Of a stretch of 64,000 nucleotides of DNA, positions 39,069 through 53,650 are shown in pieces. Origin of the DNA: Lama glama (taxonomy: Eukaryota); the NCBI GenBank assembly GCA_028534125.1, contig CM052817.1:49478001-49542000 (forward strand). Direction: 5' to 3'. Numbering within the stretch: the stretch's first letter is position 1; each line of letters begins with the position of its first letter. The position numbers and the translations under genes were made by a program. The notes beneath the pieces were generated by a model. It searched no databases, was not told the DNA's origin, and was given only the letters and a program-made list of their open reading frames with translations.

Positions 39069-41434
39069 TCATCCTTTTACTTGACATTATGATAATTGAT
39101 GAAGAAGGGAAAGATGGGGAAATGTCAATAATCAATTTATTGCAAATTCTTTTAAAATTTGAAAATTCACTAGAATGAAAATTCACTTAAGATCAACCAG
39201 CATACCTTATATGGTGAGATTTTTGTACAGTTGAATAGGAGGGAATGAAGAGAGATTCAGTGCAAACTAATGGATGAAATAGGATTATGACCAATTGCTT
39301 GTGTATTTACATTTAAAGCTTTCCCAAACTGCAAAGCCTTGAAGGGGAATAAGGTCCAGGTGTTAGTGTGTAATTGCAGCTGTGCAAATAAAGCTGGAGG
39401 TCGGACCTCTATTTTGAGATGATTGCAGGTTCCTCCCCCTACCGCATTTGCACTCCACACTTGGACCATGGGCCTCTTAGACTCCTCTGGGCTTAGATGG
39501 AAAGATATCAGAGGGAATTCATCCTGGAAACTGCCTCCCTGTTACATCTAGCATGGCACCGAGTTGCTCATTGCCTGGACAGAAAACTGAAGAGAAAGCA
39601 TAATATCAACCATCTTCATAATTTTGGCTTTGGTAAACCACTACTGAGCTGTTAGAGACACAACATTCAAGTGACCTGGGCCATTATGAAGTAAGCACTG
39701 GTGCCATGGCACACGTACATGTTAATGGTGAGATTTCACTCAATCTTTCCATTACCCTTTCCTCATCGTATACAGCTACTCATACAAATTCTGTATTGTA
39801 CCATAACCACTTTGAAAGTAACATTAGTAGGAAAAATCTGGCATTTATTAGCCCAAATAACATTGGCATATGAACTGATCAAATTTTAGGCACTTGGCTA
39901 AAATAAGGTATGAAATCTGACAAGAATCGACAGTGTTAAACATGTTGCATAAGCTGTTTTTATTCTATTTAATGAAATACTTTTTAAAACTTGAGGAAAA
40001 TGATGAATTTTAAACAAAGACAAGTACATTTCAAACCACATTACTCTCAGTGTTCTGTTAAAAACTGATTCCCCTTGGAGTATGTTTTGCAGCTGGGACT
40101 CTAGATGGCATCCACAGCTATAGGTAGATACAGGGAAGAAAGACGTCAGGACCATCAAGCAATAATGAAAACTGCAGTAGACATTCTATGTTAGGGTCTT
40201 GTAAAACGGAAAGAATACAGTTCATCTTTGCAAAGGCGTTTAAAAATGAATCCAGGTAAACTGGCATTATGAATAGTATTTTTCAGGTATCTAGAGGTGA
40301 GTTTCCAAACTAAAATAAAATTTATAGCCATGTGATGTGAGTAATTTCTTCTGCAAATACATTTGAAGAGATTTAAATTAAGGACAAATTTTAGATGTTT
40401 AATTTCACAATGGCATCATATTTCTCAGGGAGATATATATATATATATATATTTTTTTTTTAATGAAAGATTTGAGAAGTAGAGTTAAAGCCATAGTGAA
40501 TATGTGAGCAATAGCTGAAACTTTATGTGCACAGAGAAATAGATAATACAGTACTGGATTTTTTAAATGACAGCTTCTTTTGAGAGATAACATATAAAAG
40601 TTTCAGCATTCTTGGACTTGTCTGTTTTAACCACTTCATTGGAAAAGTTTAAGAAGTCATGGCTGAAATAATACTTATTTATTGTGGAAGAAAGCAGGCA
40701 GTTCCTCAGCTACGTCTTTTGTCTCTCTTCCTACAGCACCTAGTGAAGTGCCTTGTGCATAATAGTCTTTCAATAAATGTTGTTGAACTACCTTTTTACT
40801 TTTGTATTATTTAGAAAATACAGCTTTATTATTTTTACACACTGATTTTTAAGAAATAATCCCAGATTTTACACTAAATATGTGATTTAAGCCAGTTACA
40901 TAAACACTCTTAAGTCTCAGTATATTCATTCATAAAATAAGGATAATAATATTTACCTCAAATGACTATAATGTGAATTAGAATGAGATAATATTTGAAA
41001 GTGCTTCTCTAGCAAAGTTCTTGGAACACAGTAGGTGTTCAAGAAATGGTGCTATTATAACTGTTACTGTAATAAAACTACAGTCTTGTTTTATATGATT
41101 GCTACTTGACTATCTTGACTATAATAGGTTAAATAATTATTTTTGAAACATAATTAGAGCAATAGAATGGGCTTGTTTCTTCTTTAATTCTGATTCTGCA
41201 AAAGAAGTTTTATCGGGATCACTCTAAAACATTCTGTCAAGTTGCTCTCCGACTGTTATTCTAATTTTTCATTTCAACTTTCAAAAATGATAAACCTTAT
41301 TAACCATGGAGTGCCTGGATCATATCAAGATCTACAGTCTAGTTCAAATGATGCCTCCTCTGTGAAGCTTTCCTTAACTCCCTCAAGTGGCCATAACATC
41401 CTCTTTTCTGAAATTCCTTACCCACTTAAAAACA

Positions 41435-42200
41435 ACTTTTTTATTTTCAGATAATCATAGACTCATGTAGAGTTGTAAAATATAATACAGAGAGATCCTG
41501 TGTATCCTTTATCCAGTTTCTGGAAATGGCAACATCTTGTTTAGCTATAGTACAATATCACAACCAGGAAGTTGACAATGAGGCAATCTATCAACCTTTT
41601 GAGATTTTATCAGTTTTTAAAACATATAATTATGCATGTGGATGTGTGTGTATGTTCCATGTGTCTCACATATGGATTTGTGTGCCACCACCACAGTCAA
41701 GATGCAGAATAGTTTGATCATAAGGATTCCTCATATGATCCAAACACCTGGCTCCCTCCTTAGCAGCATCCCCAGTCTCTAACCCCTGGCAACCATTAAT
41801 CTATTCTCCATCTATATAATTTTGTCATTCCAAGAATGGTATATGAGTGGAATCATAAAGTATGTAAACTTTTGAGGTTGGCTTCTTCACTCAGCATGAT
41901 TCCCTTGATATCGATGCAGGTTGTGTGTGTCAACAGTTTATTTCTTTTTACTGCTGTGTATTATTCCACAGCCACAGTATGGTTGTACCACAGTTGGTTT
42001 ACCATTTATCCACTGAAGGGCATTTGACTTGGTTATAATTTTTGGCTACTGTTAATAAAGGTACTATAACATTTGTGTTTAGCTTTCTGTATGAACATAA
42101 GTATTCATTTCTTTGGGATTAATGGCTTAGAGTGCATTCATGGTCATATAGTAAGCTTATGTTTGATTTTTGAAGAAACTGTCATATTCTTTTCAGATGA
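41435..42200 (-). mobile_element. Old L1MC-type 3' fragment
   Basis: ctaacccctggcaaccattaatctattctccatctatataattttgtcattccaagaatg motif. Confidence 0.8.
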
Positions 42201-43424
42201 TTTCTTACCATTTTTAAATCTCTCTGTACCTCTACTCTCTCCCCATATTTTAAGACATGTGTGAATAGATCTGATTTCAACACTACACTGTAAACTCTGT
42301 GGGGGTAGGGACCATGACTAACTCATTTTTATAAACTTCACAGTTCATAAGAAAGTATATTTATGGCATATGCTCAATAAAGATTTATTAAATTAAGAGG
42401 GAAGATAGTAATAAAAACAAGCAAACATGGCACTGTATGTAAAATGAAAAAGAAGACGTTAGTTTGGGTAGAAAAGAATGAACAATATTGCATAATGTTT
42501 TCATGAATGTATTATGTCTTAATTTCTATAATTCTGGACTTTACCTACAAGTATCTCATGCAGGTTGATGTAAAATCTTGTTTTCCACTTTCCCACATGA
42601 TACCCAATCAAACGTAGACTAAAGGTATGATTTAGATGATGACTCTATTCTTGTGCCTAAATAAATTTCCTGATACATAATACACTTAATGGTATCTGTA
42701 TCAGCTTCTATACTGTAGTTGTGAAATGGATTTCAGTATAGAGATATACTCAATAAATATCTGTTGCTCTTAATTTGTGTAACCATGACACTATAATTTG
42801 CTTGTCCTAATATAATTTTTATTATATTGGGGAGTGAAATACAGAGAGAGGCCTGTTAAACACAGTCGGAACATCTCCCTTAGTTGACAATGACCCATTA
42901 ATCAGTACCTCTTGGGCATAGCTGTATCCAGCTTAAATAAATACCACAGTCAATCACTATAATCACTGCCTTGCACATATGCTTGACTCCCGGGCTTCTC
43001 TCTTGCTTCACTACTATGTGACATTTGCTTTTTATAACAATCCTAATAAAGTCCAAATCTCCATCTGCTCTTCTTATACCATGCAGTCATACACAACCAT
43101 GTTGACTGGTCCAATGTCAAATTCATGATCACAAACCTCCAATATACTTTTAATGTTTCCCCACATCATACTATGTGTCTCTGTTCACTCTGCCCTTCTC
43201 CAGCTGTCTATTTCATATCTTCTCCTCTCCTCAATTCCCCTAGCACCTCTTTATCCATCCCCATTCTCCACTGATGATATTGCTTCCTCTCTCCTTCACT
43301 GAAGACTGAAGCATTCTGTAGAAACCCTCCACCACTTCTACTCACTTAGCAGCAGCTGCACCTGTACACTCAGCCAGCCTACCTGTTGTCCCAGGTGCTC
43401 TGATTGAAAGCCGATCCTCCAACG

Positions 43425-43994
43425 TGTCCGGGAGGAAGAATTTTCCCTCTACCCTTCTAGGTTCTTCTGGCTGACCTAAGAATTAAATTGACATGAGGTA
43501 CATTAACAGGAGAAAATCAAATAAAGTTTAATAACATGTAAGCATGGGAGATACCCAGGAAAACTGAGAAACTGGCCAAGATGGTAGAAGCCGTCATCTT
43601 AAATATCATCTTCAGCTAAAGACAAAAGAAGATGTTGAGGGTAGTGGTCTGGGACTTCAAAGGAGAGGAAGGCAATTCACGAGGAAGTGGAAAAGCAAAT
43701 GTTTGGTAAATAAATGTTTACTTAGGTCACAAGGGACAAATCAGACGCAGAGTGGACTCTGATCTCCAGGCCCTGCTGAGTTTTCCTCACAACACCTAGT
43801 TCATATTCTTTGCAGATATCTCTGGTGATAGCTCTTTCAGCAACAGCCCCTTTATTTATATGCCTTAGGCAGGAAGAGAAGGAGATAAACAGAAAAGACT
43901 TCCTGAATCTTCTGTTTCTTAAAAAAATATCAGTCACAATTAATCCTTATGCCAAAGAGACATATTTTGGGGTGGCAAATTTTGCTCCCCTACA
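43425..43994 (-). mobile_element. Solo ERV1 LTR (MER34-like 5' end) inserted in L2 remnants
   Basis: The minus strand begins tgtaggggagcaaaatttgccaccccaaaatatgtctctttggcataagg; TG…CA termini; no clean TSD seen. Confidence 0.7.
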
Positions 43995-43999
43995 CACTA

Positions 44000-46290
44000 G
44001 ATCTCTTCCTCTCACTTAGAGAATTTGCTCCAGCAACTCTCCCCTCCCTCCCTTTTCTTTTTGTTATTTCCTCCATCTTAAAGCAAACAAACAAGCGAAC
44101 ATCAAAAATTATCTTGATCCTATGTTCCCCACCAGTGACTGTTTCAAGACTTTAAGGGAAAGTGTCCTGAAAAAATAAGTCTATATTCACCATCTCCCAT
44201 ATCTCTCCTTCCAATATCCATTAAACACATTATCAAACGTTGGCCTCATAATTTCACTAACACTACTCTTTGCAAGAACATTTGTAATCTCTATGTTGGT
44301 AAATCTAATGGTGGATTCTCATCTTCTACGTCTTATCAAGAGCATTTAGCACAGTTGATTCCCCCCCCCCACCCCTCCTTCATAAACCTTCTTTGTATTC
44401 CAGGGTACCACGAACTCCTGATGTCCTACTACTCTCAGCCTCCACTCACAGGCTAGTCTCATTTTCTGGTAGCTACCCTTGTCCTCGACCCCTTAGTATT
44501 GGGTTACTTCAGAATTAACACCTTGTTACGCTTCCTTGGTCAAGATCCCATTCAGTCTCATAGTCTTTAATGCCATCTACATGATGACTTCTCCAGATTT
44601 TTATCTTTACCCCAGACCTCTCTCCCCAAAACCAAACTCATATGTCCAATTGCCTATTGGCTATCTCCACTCAGATGTCTAATACAGTTTAAACACAGCA
44701 TGTCCTTTTTTCAAACATCTCATACCCACTGTCTTCCCCATCTCCATCAATGTCATTCTTCCAGTTTTTCCAGTATCCAAACTTTGACATCCTCTTGATT
44801 CCTCTCTTTCTCTCCCATCCCACATCTAAAGCTTTCCTAATATATTAATATTCTCTAGAATTTTGCCTAAACTGAAGCTCACTTGTCTATCGTTTGTAAA
44901 TTAATTTTCTGCTCTTTTGAAAAGAATGTCATTTGCCACTTCTCCCATTGTCTGAAAATCCGTAATTCCAGAGATATTAGCTTCAGTAGTTCAGCAATCA
45001 TTTTCAGTTATTCGCATTACCATGAAATAGAGTTCATTCTGGGAAAAGAAACATGAAAGCATTTATCACAGCATAATAGCTTCCTGAAGTCTTTTCATTC
45101 CTTGTGAGCTTCTGCCGTCTGCAATTCAACCTCCTGTTCATGGTTGTCAAGCCACCTCACTTGGTCTGCCGCTTGTCTCCTTCAACTAGAACAGTCAACC
45201 TGTCAGTGCATCTAGTGACAAGAGTTGGTCTCCAGTTTCCTCAGCCTCCGAAATTTACATTTCCAGCTGCAAGCTCTTCAATGAACTCTAGTTTCATATA
45301 AACAATGACCTATTTAACAGCTCCCTTTACATCTAAAAGACATCTAAAAGCCCTTTTCAATGGCGCATGCCTAAAAGGGAAGTCTTGCTTTCTGACTTCC
45401 ACTCCCTATTTTTCTCTGCGTGTTACCTTTTTACTTAGCGGCACCACCAGGAACCTATTACTCAGGCCCCAAACCACCTGCCACAACCAATCCATCAACA
45501 GATCCCGCCAGCTGGACCATCAAACTATACCCAATGTCAACACTGTTACTATCTCTGCAGTCCAAATAGCCATTTTTCTCACCTGGGCAACACAACAACC
45601 TCTTAACTCCCTGCCTCCTCCCACTCAGCCTTGACAGATAGTTTCTTGCTTCACAAGGAACTAGTTTCTTGCAGCTGCTGGTAGTCTTTTGAAATATAAC
45701 TTTGATCACATCCTTTTGTGTTTTAAAACCTTACAATGGCTTTCCACCAAACGCAAATAAAATTCAGAGTTCTCATCACATCCTATAAGGTTCAATGAAA
45801 ACTATTTTTCCTTAGGCCATTACCTCTGTAACTTCTTATATTTCTGCTCTTTCTCTAACTCTCCAACTTCTTTGGGTACTTTGCTGTCCCTCAAGCATCT
45901 CATTAATTCTCGTGCTTCTGCATTTTTGCTTTTACTGCTTTTTCCACCTAGAAAGGTATTTCCCTAGATAGTCATGTGATTTGTCCCCCTTATCATTTCA
46001 TTCAAGTCTCTGCTCAAATATCAGTCTCTCAGAGAGGCCTACTTTGATGATCTTATCTCTCACAGTAGCCTCTGTTACTCATTTTTTTACCCTACTTTAC
46101 ATTCTTTATAGCAATTATTCCTGCCTGACCCTATACTACACACATACACACACACACAAATATTTATTGCCTATATTCTACACTAAAATATAAATTCTGT
46201 GAGGTAAGAAATTCTCCTCTCTTGTTTGTTGTATTTCAGTGTGTGACACATGGCAATTATTCAATTATTATTTATTAAATGAATAAAACA
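44000..46290. mobile_element. Degraded LINE-2 fragments (discontinuous)
   Basis: Pyrimidine-rich L2 motifs (gtccaattgccta…atctccactcagatgtctaata; tctgctcaaatatca…tctcagagaggcct) ending in ttattaaatgaataaa. Confidence 0.6.
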
Positions 46291-46704
46291 GTGCCTTCAA
46301 ACCCTGAGATACTCTGAGAAGGAATCTAGAAGAAGTGGGGCTCAGAATGCTCAGCTAGGATGAATGGCATTGTTTCTCTTTGTCTTAAAATTACACTGTT
46401 TATCATTATTCAAGTACTATTCTAATTGATTAGTTTTCTTAATATTCTTGAGACCAGAAAACTTGGTTAAACAGTAACTCTGTTAGTAGACATTACACAA
46501 ATATGTTTTGGCTTTGGGCCATTTTTTTTTAAGTGTGTGAACCCACAGTCACATGTGTTCCTCACCTGCCCCAGGTATGAGAATGGCTTTGTTGTCAGGT
46601 GGAGTTATAGCATTAGTCTCCCCACTGAGACTGGAGAGAAACACGTCCTCTTCTTTTACATCAGGCCACCAAGAGTCCTTCTTGTCTTTCATGGCAGAGC
46701 ATTA

Positions 46705-47703
46705 CATTTGTTTTCTATTGCTTGAGAAACAAGTCACCCCAAAACTTAGCAACGTACAATGACAAACATCTAATATCTAGTCGTTTCTGTGGGTCACAAG
46801 TCTGGGTGCAGCTTTGTTGGGTATCTCTGGCTCAGGACCTTTCATAAAGCTTTAATCAGGGCATCACCAGGGCTGTAGTCAATTCAAGGCTTGACTGGAG
46901 GATCTGCTCACTTACATGGCCATTGCGTCCTTGCTGGCTGTTAGCCAGAGTCACCATTAGCCTTTACTCAGGCAAATAATAATATGGCAACTGGTTTCCT
47001 CAGAGGGAGCAGGAAACAGAATGAGAGAAAGCTTCTGTATTAGTTTCCTAGGGCAGCCATAAAAAAGTACCTTCAACTTGCCGGCTTCAAACAACAGGAA
47101 TTTTCTATCTCATAGTTCTGGAGGCTGGAAGTCTGAAATCAAATGTCCTTCAGGGCTACGCTGCCTTCGAAGGCTCTAGGGAGGAGTTTTTCTTTGCCTC
47201 TCCCTACCTTCTGGGGGTTGCCGGCCATCCTTGGTATTCCCTTTTTTTTGTTTGTGTAGTTTTCTCATATTCCATTCTCTGCCTCTGTCAGCACAGAGGT
47301 TCTCCCTATGTATTTGCGTTTTGCTTCTTGAGTTTCTTTCTTCTTATCAGGATACCGGGTATTGGATTAGGGCCCACCTACTCCAGTATAACCTCATCTT
47401 AACTAAGTACATCCACAAAGATTCTTTTTCCAGATAAGGTCACATTCTAAGTTCCAGTCTGACGTGAATGTTTGTGGGACACTATCCAGCCCAGGACAGT
47501 GCCCAAGACAGAAGCTACAGTCTTTTTGTATCCTTGGAAGTGACCTAAACTAATCTTAGAAACAACATCCCTTCACCTCAACTTCATTCAGCTTTGTAAA
47601 AGTGAATCACTAAGCCTAGTCCACACTTGGGAGAGGAGATTACACAAGGGTATGCATTTCAGGAGGCTGACACTACTCGGGGCATTTTAGAGGCTGCCTA
47701 CAA
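46705..47703 (-). mobile_element. MaLR (MLT1) LTR with a second MLT1 LTR nested at about 47036-47499
   Basis: ccccaaaacttagc…aaaca motif; the nested element starts tgtattagtttcctagggc and includes agttctggaggctggaagtctgaaatcaa and ggattagggcccacc. Confidence 0.75.
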
Positions 47704-48779
47704 TGCACATGGACTGGGAAGAGGTCCTCTGAAGTCAAGACTCCACCCTGCTTTTGTGATTCCAGTTGACTCCATGATCTTAACTTTTGTTCTCCTGAAA
47801 ACAGAGCCTGAAACAACTTCCACGCAGACAGTTTCCTAAAAGCAACCCCAGGAATGGGGGACTGGAATTAAAAACAGAGAAGGAAAAGCCTAGGCTGGAT
47901 ATGTTACTGAGCTGGCAGCTTTGGGGGAATGGTGTCCCATCCCTCAGGGTTTTCTGAAGAGCCCTATAGACCACTTCTCAGAACTATCCACTTGAGAAAT
48001 TAAAGGAGGAATATTTTCCCCCATTGATTGAGAGCTGCCCTATGGTGACTTACCTGTTTGCACTTCCAGACTCTGCAAATGTAAGCGCTCATCTGAATTC
48101 CACAGGCATCCCATGCTGAAGTTTTTAGAAAAGTCCTGGAACACTTGAGGTGAGGTGATGTCAGACTGAAGGAGGTTGAGGTGTATGTGGAACTCTTCAC
48201 CATAGTTGTATCTGGAATTGAAGTGAGAACAAGAACATATAAAGCAGTGCCTGAGAGATTTATGATGCCATGAAAGATGCTAGGGAAATAAAAGTTCCAT
48301 AATGAAAGTTTGCCTTCTCTAAACCAGAGACAGTTCACCTACATTACTGTCCCACAACTCCTCATTTTAGTCCCCAAGACTAAAAATTATGCCTCTCTTC
48401 CTGTACAAGAGCCAACCATTTCCTACCCTAGAATTACTGTTGATTAGATCAAGCATTGTCCTGCCCCAAATCCTTCCAATACATATTCACAAACACAAAT
48501 ATAACAGTCTTGTTATAAAGGCACTGGTCTTACAAGTCTGGGCTATTCATTTTATATCATGGTCATTTTTTATACATGTAGACCTAAAAAGATAGAAAGG
48601 AAAAAAGCCAAAATGTTATAAGTGATTATCATCTGCTGATGAATATTGTCTAACAAAAGTATTCATAACAAATAAAATGTAAGCTACATACGTAATTTGA
48701 ATTTTCTAGTAGACATATTTTAAAAAATAAAAAAAGAAACGTGAAAATGTTTTCATGATGTACCGTCTTTAACCTAATC

Positions 48780-49460
48780 TGTGATATTTTGATTCATAAT
48801 AAGAAATATGTATTTGGTCTTTGTCCACACTTCCTGGCTCACAACTCCCAAAACTCTCGGAATTTTCTGACTGAGAAGAGTAATAGGAGCATCTTTTGTT
48901 ACAATATTTGGTCTCCTGTCCTCACTTCATGAAATAGCTTCAGAGTCAAAAGTGAAATGGCTGTCCTGTTATTCAAAACAAGCCCTTTCTGCCACAGCTG
49001 GGTTTATGTTAATGAGGTAACTTTTGGAAAGCAAAAAGGATGGAGGTTTGTTGCCAGGGGATCCAACCATGAATAGAGGTTGAAACTTTTAGACACACCA
49101 CACCCCACCTACCTCCAGGGAGGGGAGAGGGACTGGAGGTTGAATCGATCTTAAATGGCTAATGATCTAATCAATCTTTCCTAGGTAATGAAGGTCCCAT
49201 AAAAGTCCAAAAGAACAGGGATCAGAGAGATTCAGGGATGATGAACACATGGAGATCTGGGGGAGAGTGGCACTCAGAGAGAGCATGGAGGCTCCATGCT
49301 TTTTCTCCACACTTTTCTCTATGTATCTCTTCATTTCACTGTTGATTCAAATCCTTCAGTATCTTCGTAATAAACTGATAATCTAGTGAGTAGATTCCTG
49401 AGTCCTGTGATCCACTTTAGCAAATCAATCAAACCCCAGGAGCGGGGTCACGGGACCCTC
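48780..49460 (+). mobile_element. MER21-like LTR
   Basis: tgtgatattttg…aagaaatatgtatttggtct; cctccagggaggggagaggg-ctggaggttga; AATAAA near 49368. Confidence 0.65.
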
Positions 49461-51839
49461 TGATTACACAAGCAACAGTAGTTCAAGATACTGGCCTTAC
49501 TTTTTAATCTCTGCAATAAAGTCTACTAGGGAATTATTCAAAGACTTTAGTAGCTTTAAAGAAAAAACCTTTCATTTTGAATTAATTTTAGACTTATAGG
49601 AGAGTTGTAAAAAAAATTCACCCCACCTCCTCTAATGCAAACATTTTGCATAACCATAGTACAATGATCAAGAACAGGAAATTAACATTAATACAACATT
49701 ATTAAGCTGTAGCTCTTATTTGAATTTTTAAAAATTCTGGCAGTTGGTTGTGCAAGGGTGTACTAATAATTTATTTCACTACTTTTAATATACGCCAAAA
49801 ACTATTGGTCTCATTCTTTGAGGACGAAAATCCTTTGAAGTCTTAAAGGAACTCTTAGATCTTAGAGCTTATTTTTATTATACCTCATTTGAGTACTCTC
49901 AGAGTAATGTTCTTCTTGTCTATAAAATTTATCAGAGGTACTTGTCAAAAGCACGTCTTGAGCCTCATTCTTAAACTCATATATAGGTGGTCCAGGGGAG
50001 CTTAAGAGTCTGCATTTTAAACAAGCATTTGCTGATGAATCACTCTTTGATAAGTCTGGCCTTAAAGGCCAATTTGGCAGAAATCAATGTGGTATATTGG
50101 GGACGGTTTGAAAGGCCTAGCTGTCATCAATTATCTTTCAGATTGATTTTTTTTTTAAAGAAGCACTAATTTTTTTTAACGTTCTAATATCAATTTTCAT
50201 ATTTTAGTATTAAAACACATGTACTACTTGGTAAAACACATATGTTACCTATTTTCTTTTCCTGTTATAAAGTGAAATTTTATCAGGTAGCTACCTGGTG
50301 CAAGAGAATGGGAACAAGATACAAGGTGAATCCCAGCAACCACAGACTCTGTAAAATGTCTTCAAGGAAGGAAAATCCAGCCTCTAGAGGCAGAGAAGTA
50401 GATAGCTCACATTAAAAAAGGTACTAACTCCTAGTGAGCACAGCACCAAAATGTTTGTATCTTCCCATTTCCTTCCCAATTGCAGAGTACAAAGTACTCT
50501 GCAAATGCACAATTTCCAATTCTAACCTTCTTTGTACAAATTTTACATTTACCACTGTTCCTGCTGCACCATCCCGTGGTCACTTAGAAACTCTGCAGGG
50601 CCTATTACATGTTCAAATATAATATCTTAATAATAGGGTTATTAAATTAATAATATATTTTTTGTAAACATAGGGAATTTAATAATTAAATTTTGTGGTA
50701 TCCAAGAAATTCACAAAACATTTTCAAAGGAACAACTTTTAGCAGAAAACAAGTGTAGCAGTGGTGTTTTAGCAACACTAGAATATTTCTTTTGTTAGTG
50801 TTAGCACTTCTTGTGGTGTAAATGAACAAATACTGCTGATATCCATTTTTTTTTTTCCTGCAAAAAAGCAGCCATACCATAGATTGGGTGGGTTATAAAC
50901 AACAGAACATTTTTTTCTGGCAGTTCTGGGGGCTGGTAAGTCTAGTTTTAAGATAAATAAGTACTACAGATGTAATGTACAACATGATTAATATAATTAA
51001 CACTAAAAATCAATTTATGTTTAAAAATAAGTATGAGGACAGTACTAAAAAAATTGTACTCTGTGCAACATTAAAAGATGGGCTTCTTTTCCCCATAGAG
51101 AAATATGTAGGTAGGACTCTAGATGGCGCTACTAACTTGAAAATCAGAGTTTCAGTCAGGAAAGAAAACCTCCTGGTCCAGATGGACTAATTCTGAGAGG
51201 ACAATTAGGATATCTATATTAAAAATAAACAAGTAAATAAAAGAAAAGAAAAAAAGAAGGAAAGAAAATAGAATAGAACTGAACTGTTACTTGTGACTGC
51301 ACTTTAAAAAGACTCGTGCAAAGTAATATAAAATACTAGTATTTTCAGAAAGCTGAAAATATTTTGCAAATCATAAGAAAATATGTAGTATCTCTGATTT
51401 CAGTCGTTCTTTCCCCAGTAACTTGGAAAGTATTTGCTACTAAGGATACATTTAAAATGTTTAATTGTATGAACAAAATCACATTTATTACATAAATATT
51501 TACATGTTTAGTTAAATAAATACTGAGTACTCACTTTCTTTTTTTATGAAAACTCCATTTGAAAATATATTGACATGTGAATCTCTTAGACATGGCAGTT
51601 ATCTTGGAAAGTCATTTAGCGACTACGATAAAATATCTACATGTGTTACAGATATACTATTTCTCTTATTACATGTAACCTCTTTAAACAGCAGACACAT
51701 TCTTTACTGTATCTTTTATATCTACCATCACAGAACCCTGAAAGATGTTCTGCAGTATAGTAAGTTTTGGGTACATATTGTTGACAAGCTTTTTATTTTG
51801 CTTTTATATAGAAATATTTCCCTTTTTAATAGATGACAT

Positions 51840-53650
51840 ATGTTTTTCAGAAATTTTGCTGTTAATTGTAACACAGAAAACAGAAGACTATATACAGATC
51901 AATAAATTGTCACAAAGTGAACAGCCATGTAATTACCACCTAGTCAAGAAATAGTGCTTTGCCAGCATCCCAGAAGCCACACTCTCCCAATTCCCCCCAA
52001 TCAATGTGCCTTTTTCTCCACAAAAACAAATGGTATCCTGAACTTCTAACTCTATACTCTACATCTAACAGTCATTGACTATTACAGAAATAAAATCATT
52101 TAGTGTATATTATTTTGAATCTAATCCTTTTGTTTGAGAATCACTTATGTTTCTGCATGTATCTGAAGTTCTTTTACTTAAAGTGCTGTGGAACATTTTG
52201 TTATGTGAAAACACCACAAAGTTTGTAGCTACTCTAGTGCTGATGGACATTTGAGTTGCTTCCCCTTCGGGGTTATCATGCATAGTGTAGCTGGGAGTGC
52301 CCCTCCACATCCTTTTGGTGCACATATGTATGCTGCTTCTGGCGGGTTTAGAACAGGAGTGAAATTGCTGGGTTGTTATGCATGCCCACATTCTATTTTA
52401 GTAGAAACTGTCAACTAGTTTTGTCGCCGATAGGTGCAACCGGTGTTCCAGGTTCTTGTCCCGTCCCAGAAAGAATTTAGAGACAAGACTTAGAGGTTAA
52501 AAAGGTAAAGTGAGGCTTTATTAAAGTATGGATAGTACACTCTCAGGGGAGAGCGGGCAGGCTCAGGTGAGCAGCTGCCCTGAGTTTCTTTGGCAAGTTA
52601 GCTACATAGGGTGTAAAAATGAATGGGCGGAATATTCATTGGGGAGGGAAGGGTTTGGGGTCGTATTCCCTGATTATCTTCCCAACTCCACCTTCCCAAA
52701 GGGAGGAGGGATTTTTATCCTTATTTAGTCTGGATCGGAAGTGTCATGGCGTCGGTGCATGATGGGTACTTCTGCAAGGCTAATTTTATTGAAATGAGGG
52801 CATAATGAGTAAAAGGTTACATTCGGACACTGGAAATTCCTGCCTTTTCTGACCTTTCTTTGTTGGTCTCCAGGCCAAAAGGTGTGGCCCCTTATCAGCC
52901 CAAAGATTCCAGCTTTTCTTTCTCTGCCCAGGGATCCCTGCTGCTCACAGGATGTGTGGTTTCCTTCATTTGGCCTGTGCCCCTCCTTTCTGCCCAATTC
53001 CTGCCATTTGGTCTGTGTACCCCTTTCTCTGCTCATACCAGCTCTCTGCCTGCTCTAACAGTTTCCCCAAGTGGCTGACCAACTCACACACCTGCCAGCA
53101 GTGATTTATTAGTTCTTCTTCCCCAACCCTTGTCATTATTACTTTTTTTAGTTTAAGCCAAAATGGTCAATATGTAGTGATTTTAATTCCGATTTCCCTA
53201 ATAACTAATGAGGTTGAATATCTTTTCATATGATTATAAATATCTATATACTTTTCAGAATTGCATATTCAAGTTTTGTGTTCTGTTAAGATGTCTGTCT
53301 TTTTCTGACTAACTTAGAGCTGTGCTTTATCTATTCTTGATGAAAGTCTTTTGTCAGGTAAATTTTTTGCAATATCTATTCCAGTCTGCAGCTTGCCTTT
53401 AACTTTCTTAATGTGTCTCTTGATAAACAGGAGTTCAAAATGTAGTCCAATCTATCAATCTTTTCTTTTACGGTTAATACTTTTTAATACTTTTTGTAAA
53501 AAGTGAGAACTGTGCTCTCTTCAAGATCATGAAGCTTATTTCCTAAATGATCTTCTAAAGTTTTATTATTTTACCTTTTACATTAGGATCTATGATCTTC
53601 CTATAGTAGAATGCCATGAAGGGGTCAAGTATCATTGTTGTTTTCATAAA
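51840..53650 (-). mobile_element. Old L1M element interrupted by a young LTR
   Basis: gatggacatttgagttgcttcc and aggagtgaaattgctggg lie before the LTR; tttccctaataactaatgaggttgaatatcttttcatatg follows it. Confidence 0.75.
52422..53060 (-). mobile_element. Young solo ERV1-type LTR, 639 bp, 4-bp TSD
   Basis: TGT…ACA termini; GTTT at 52418-52421 and 53061-53064; AATAAA on the minus strand at 52517-52522; many CpGs retained. Confidence 0.88.
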
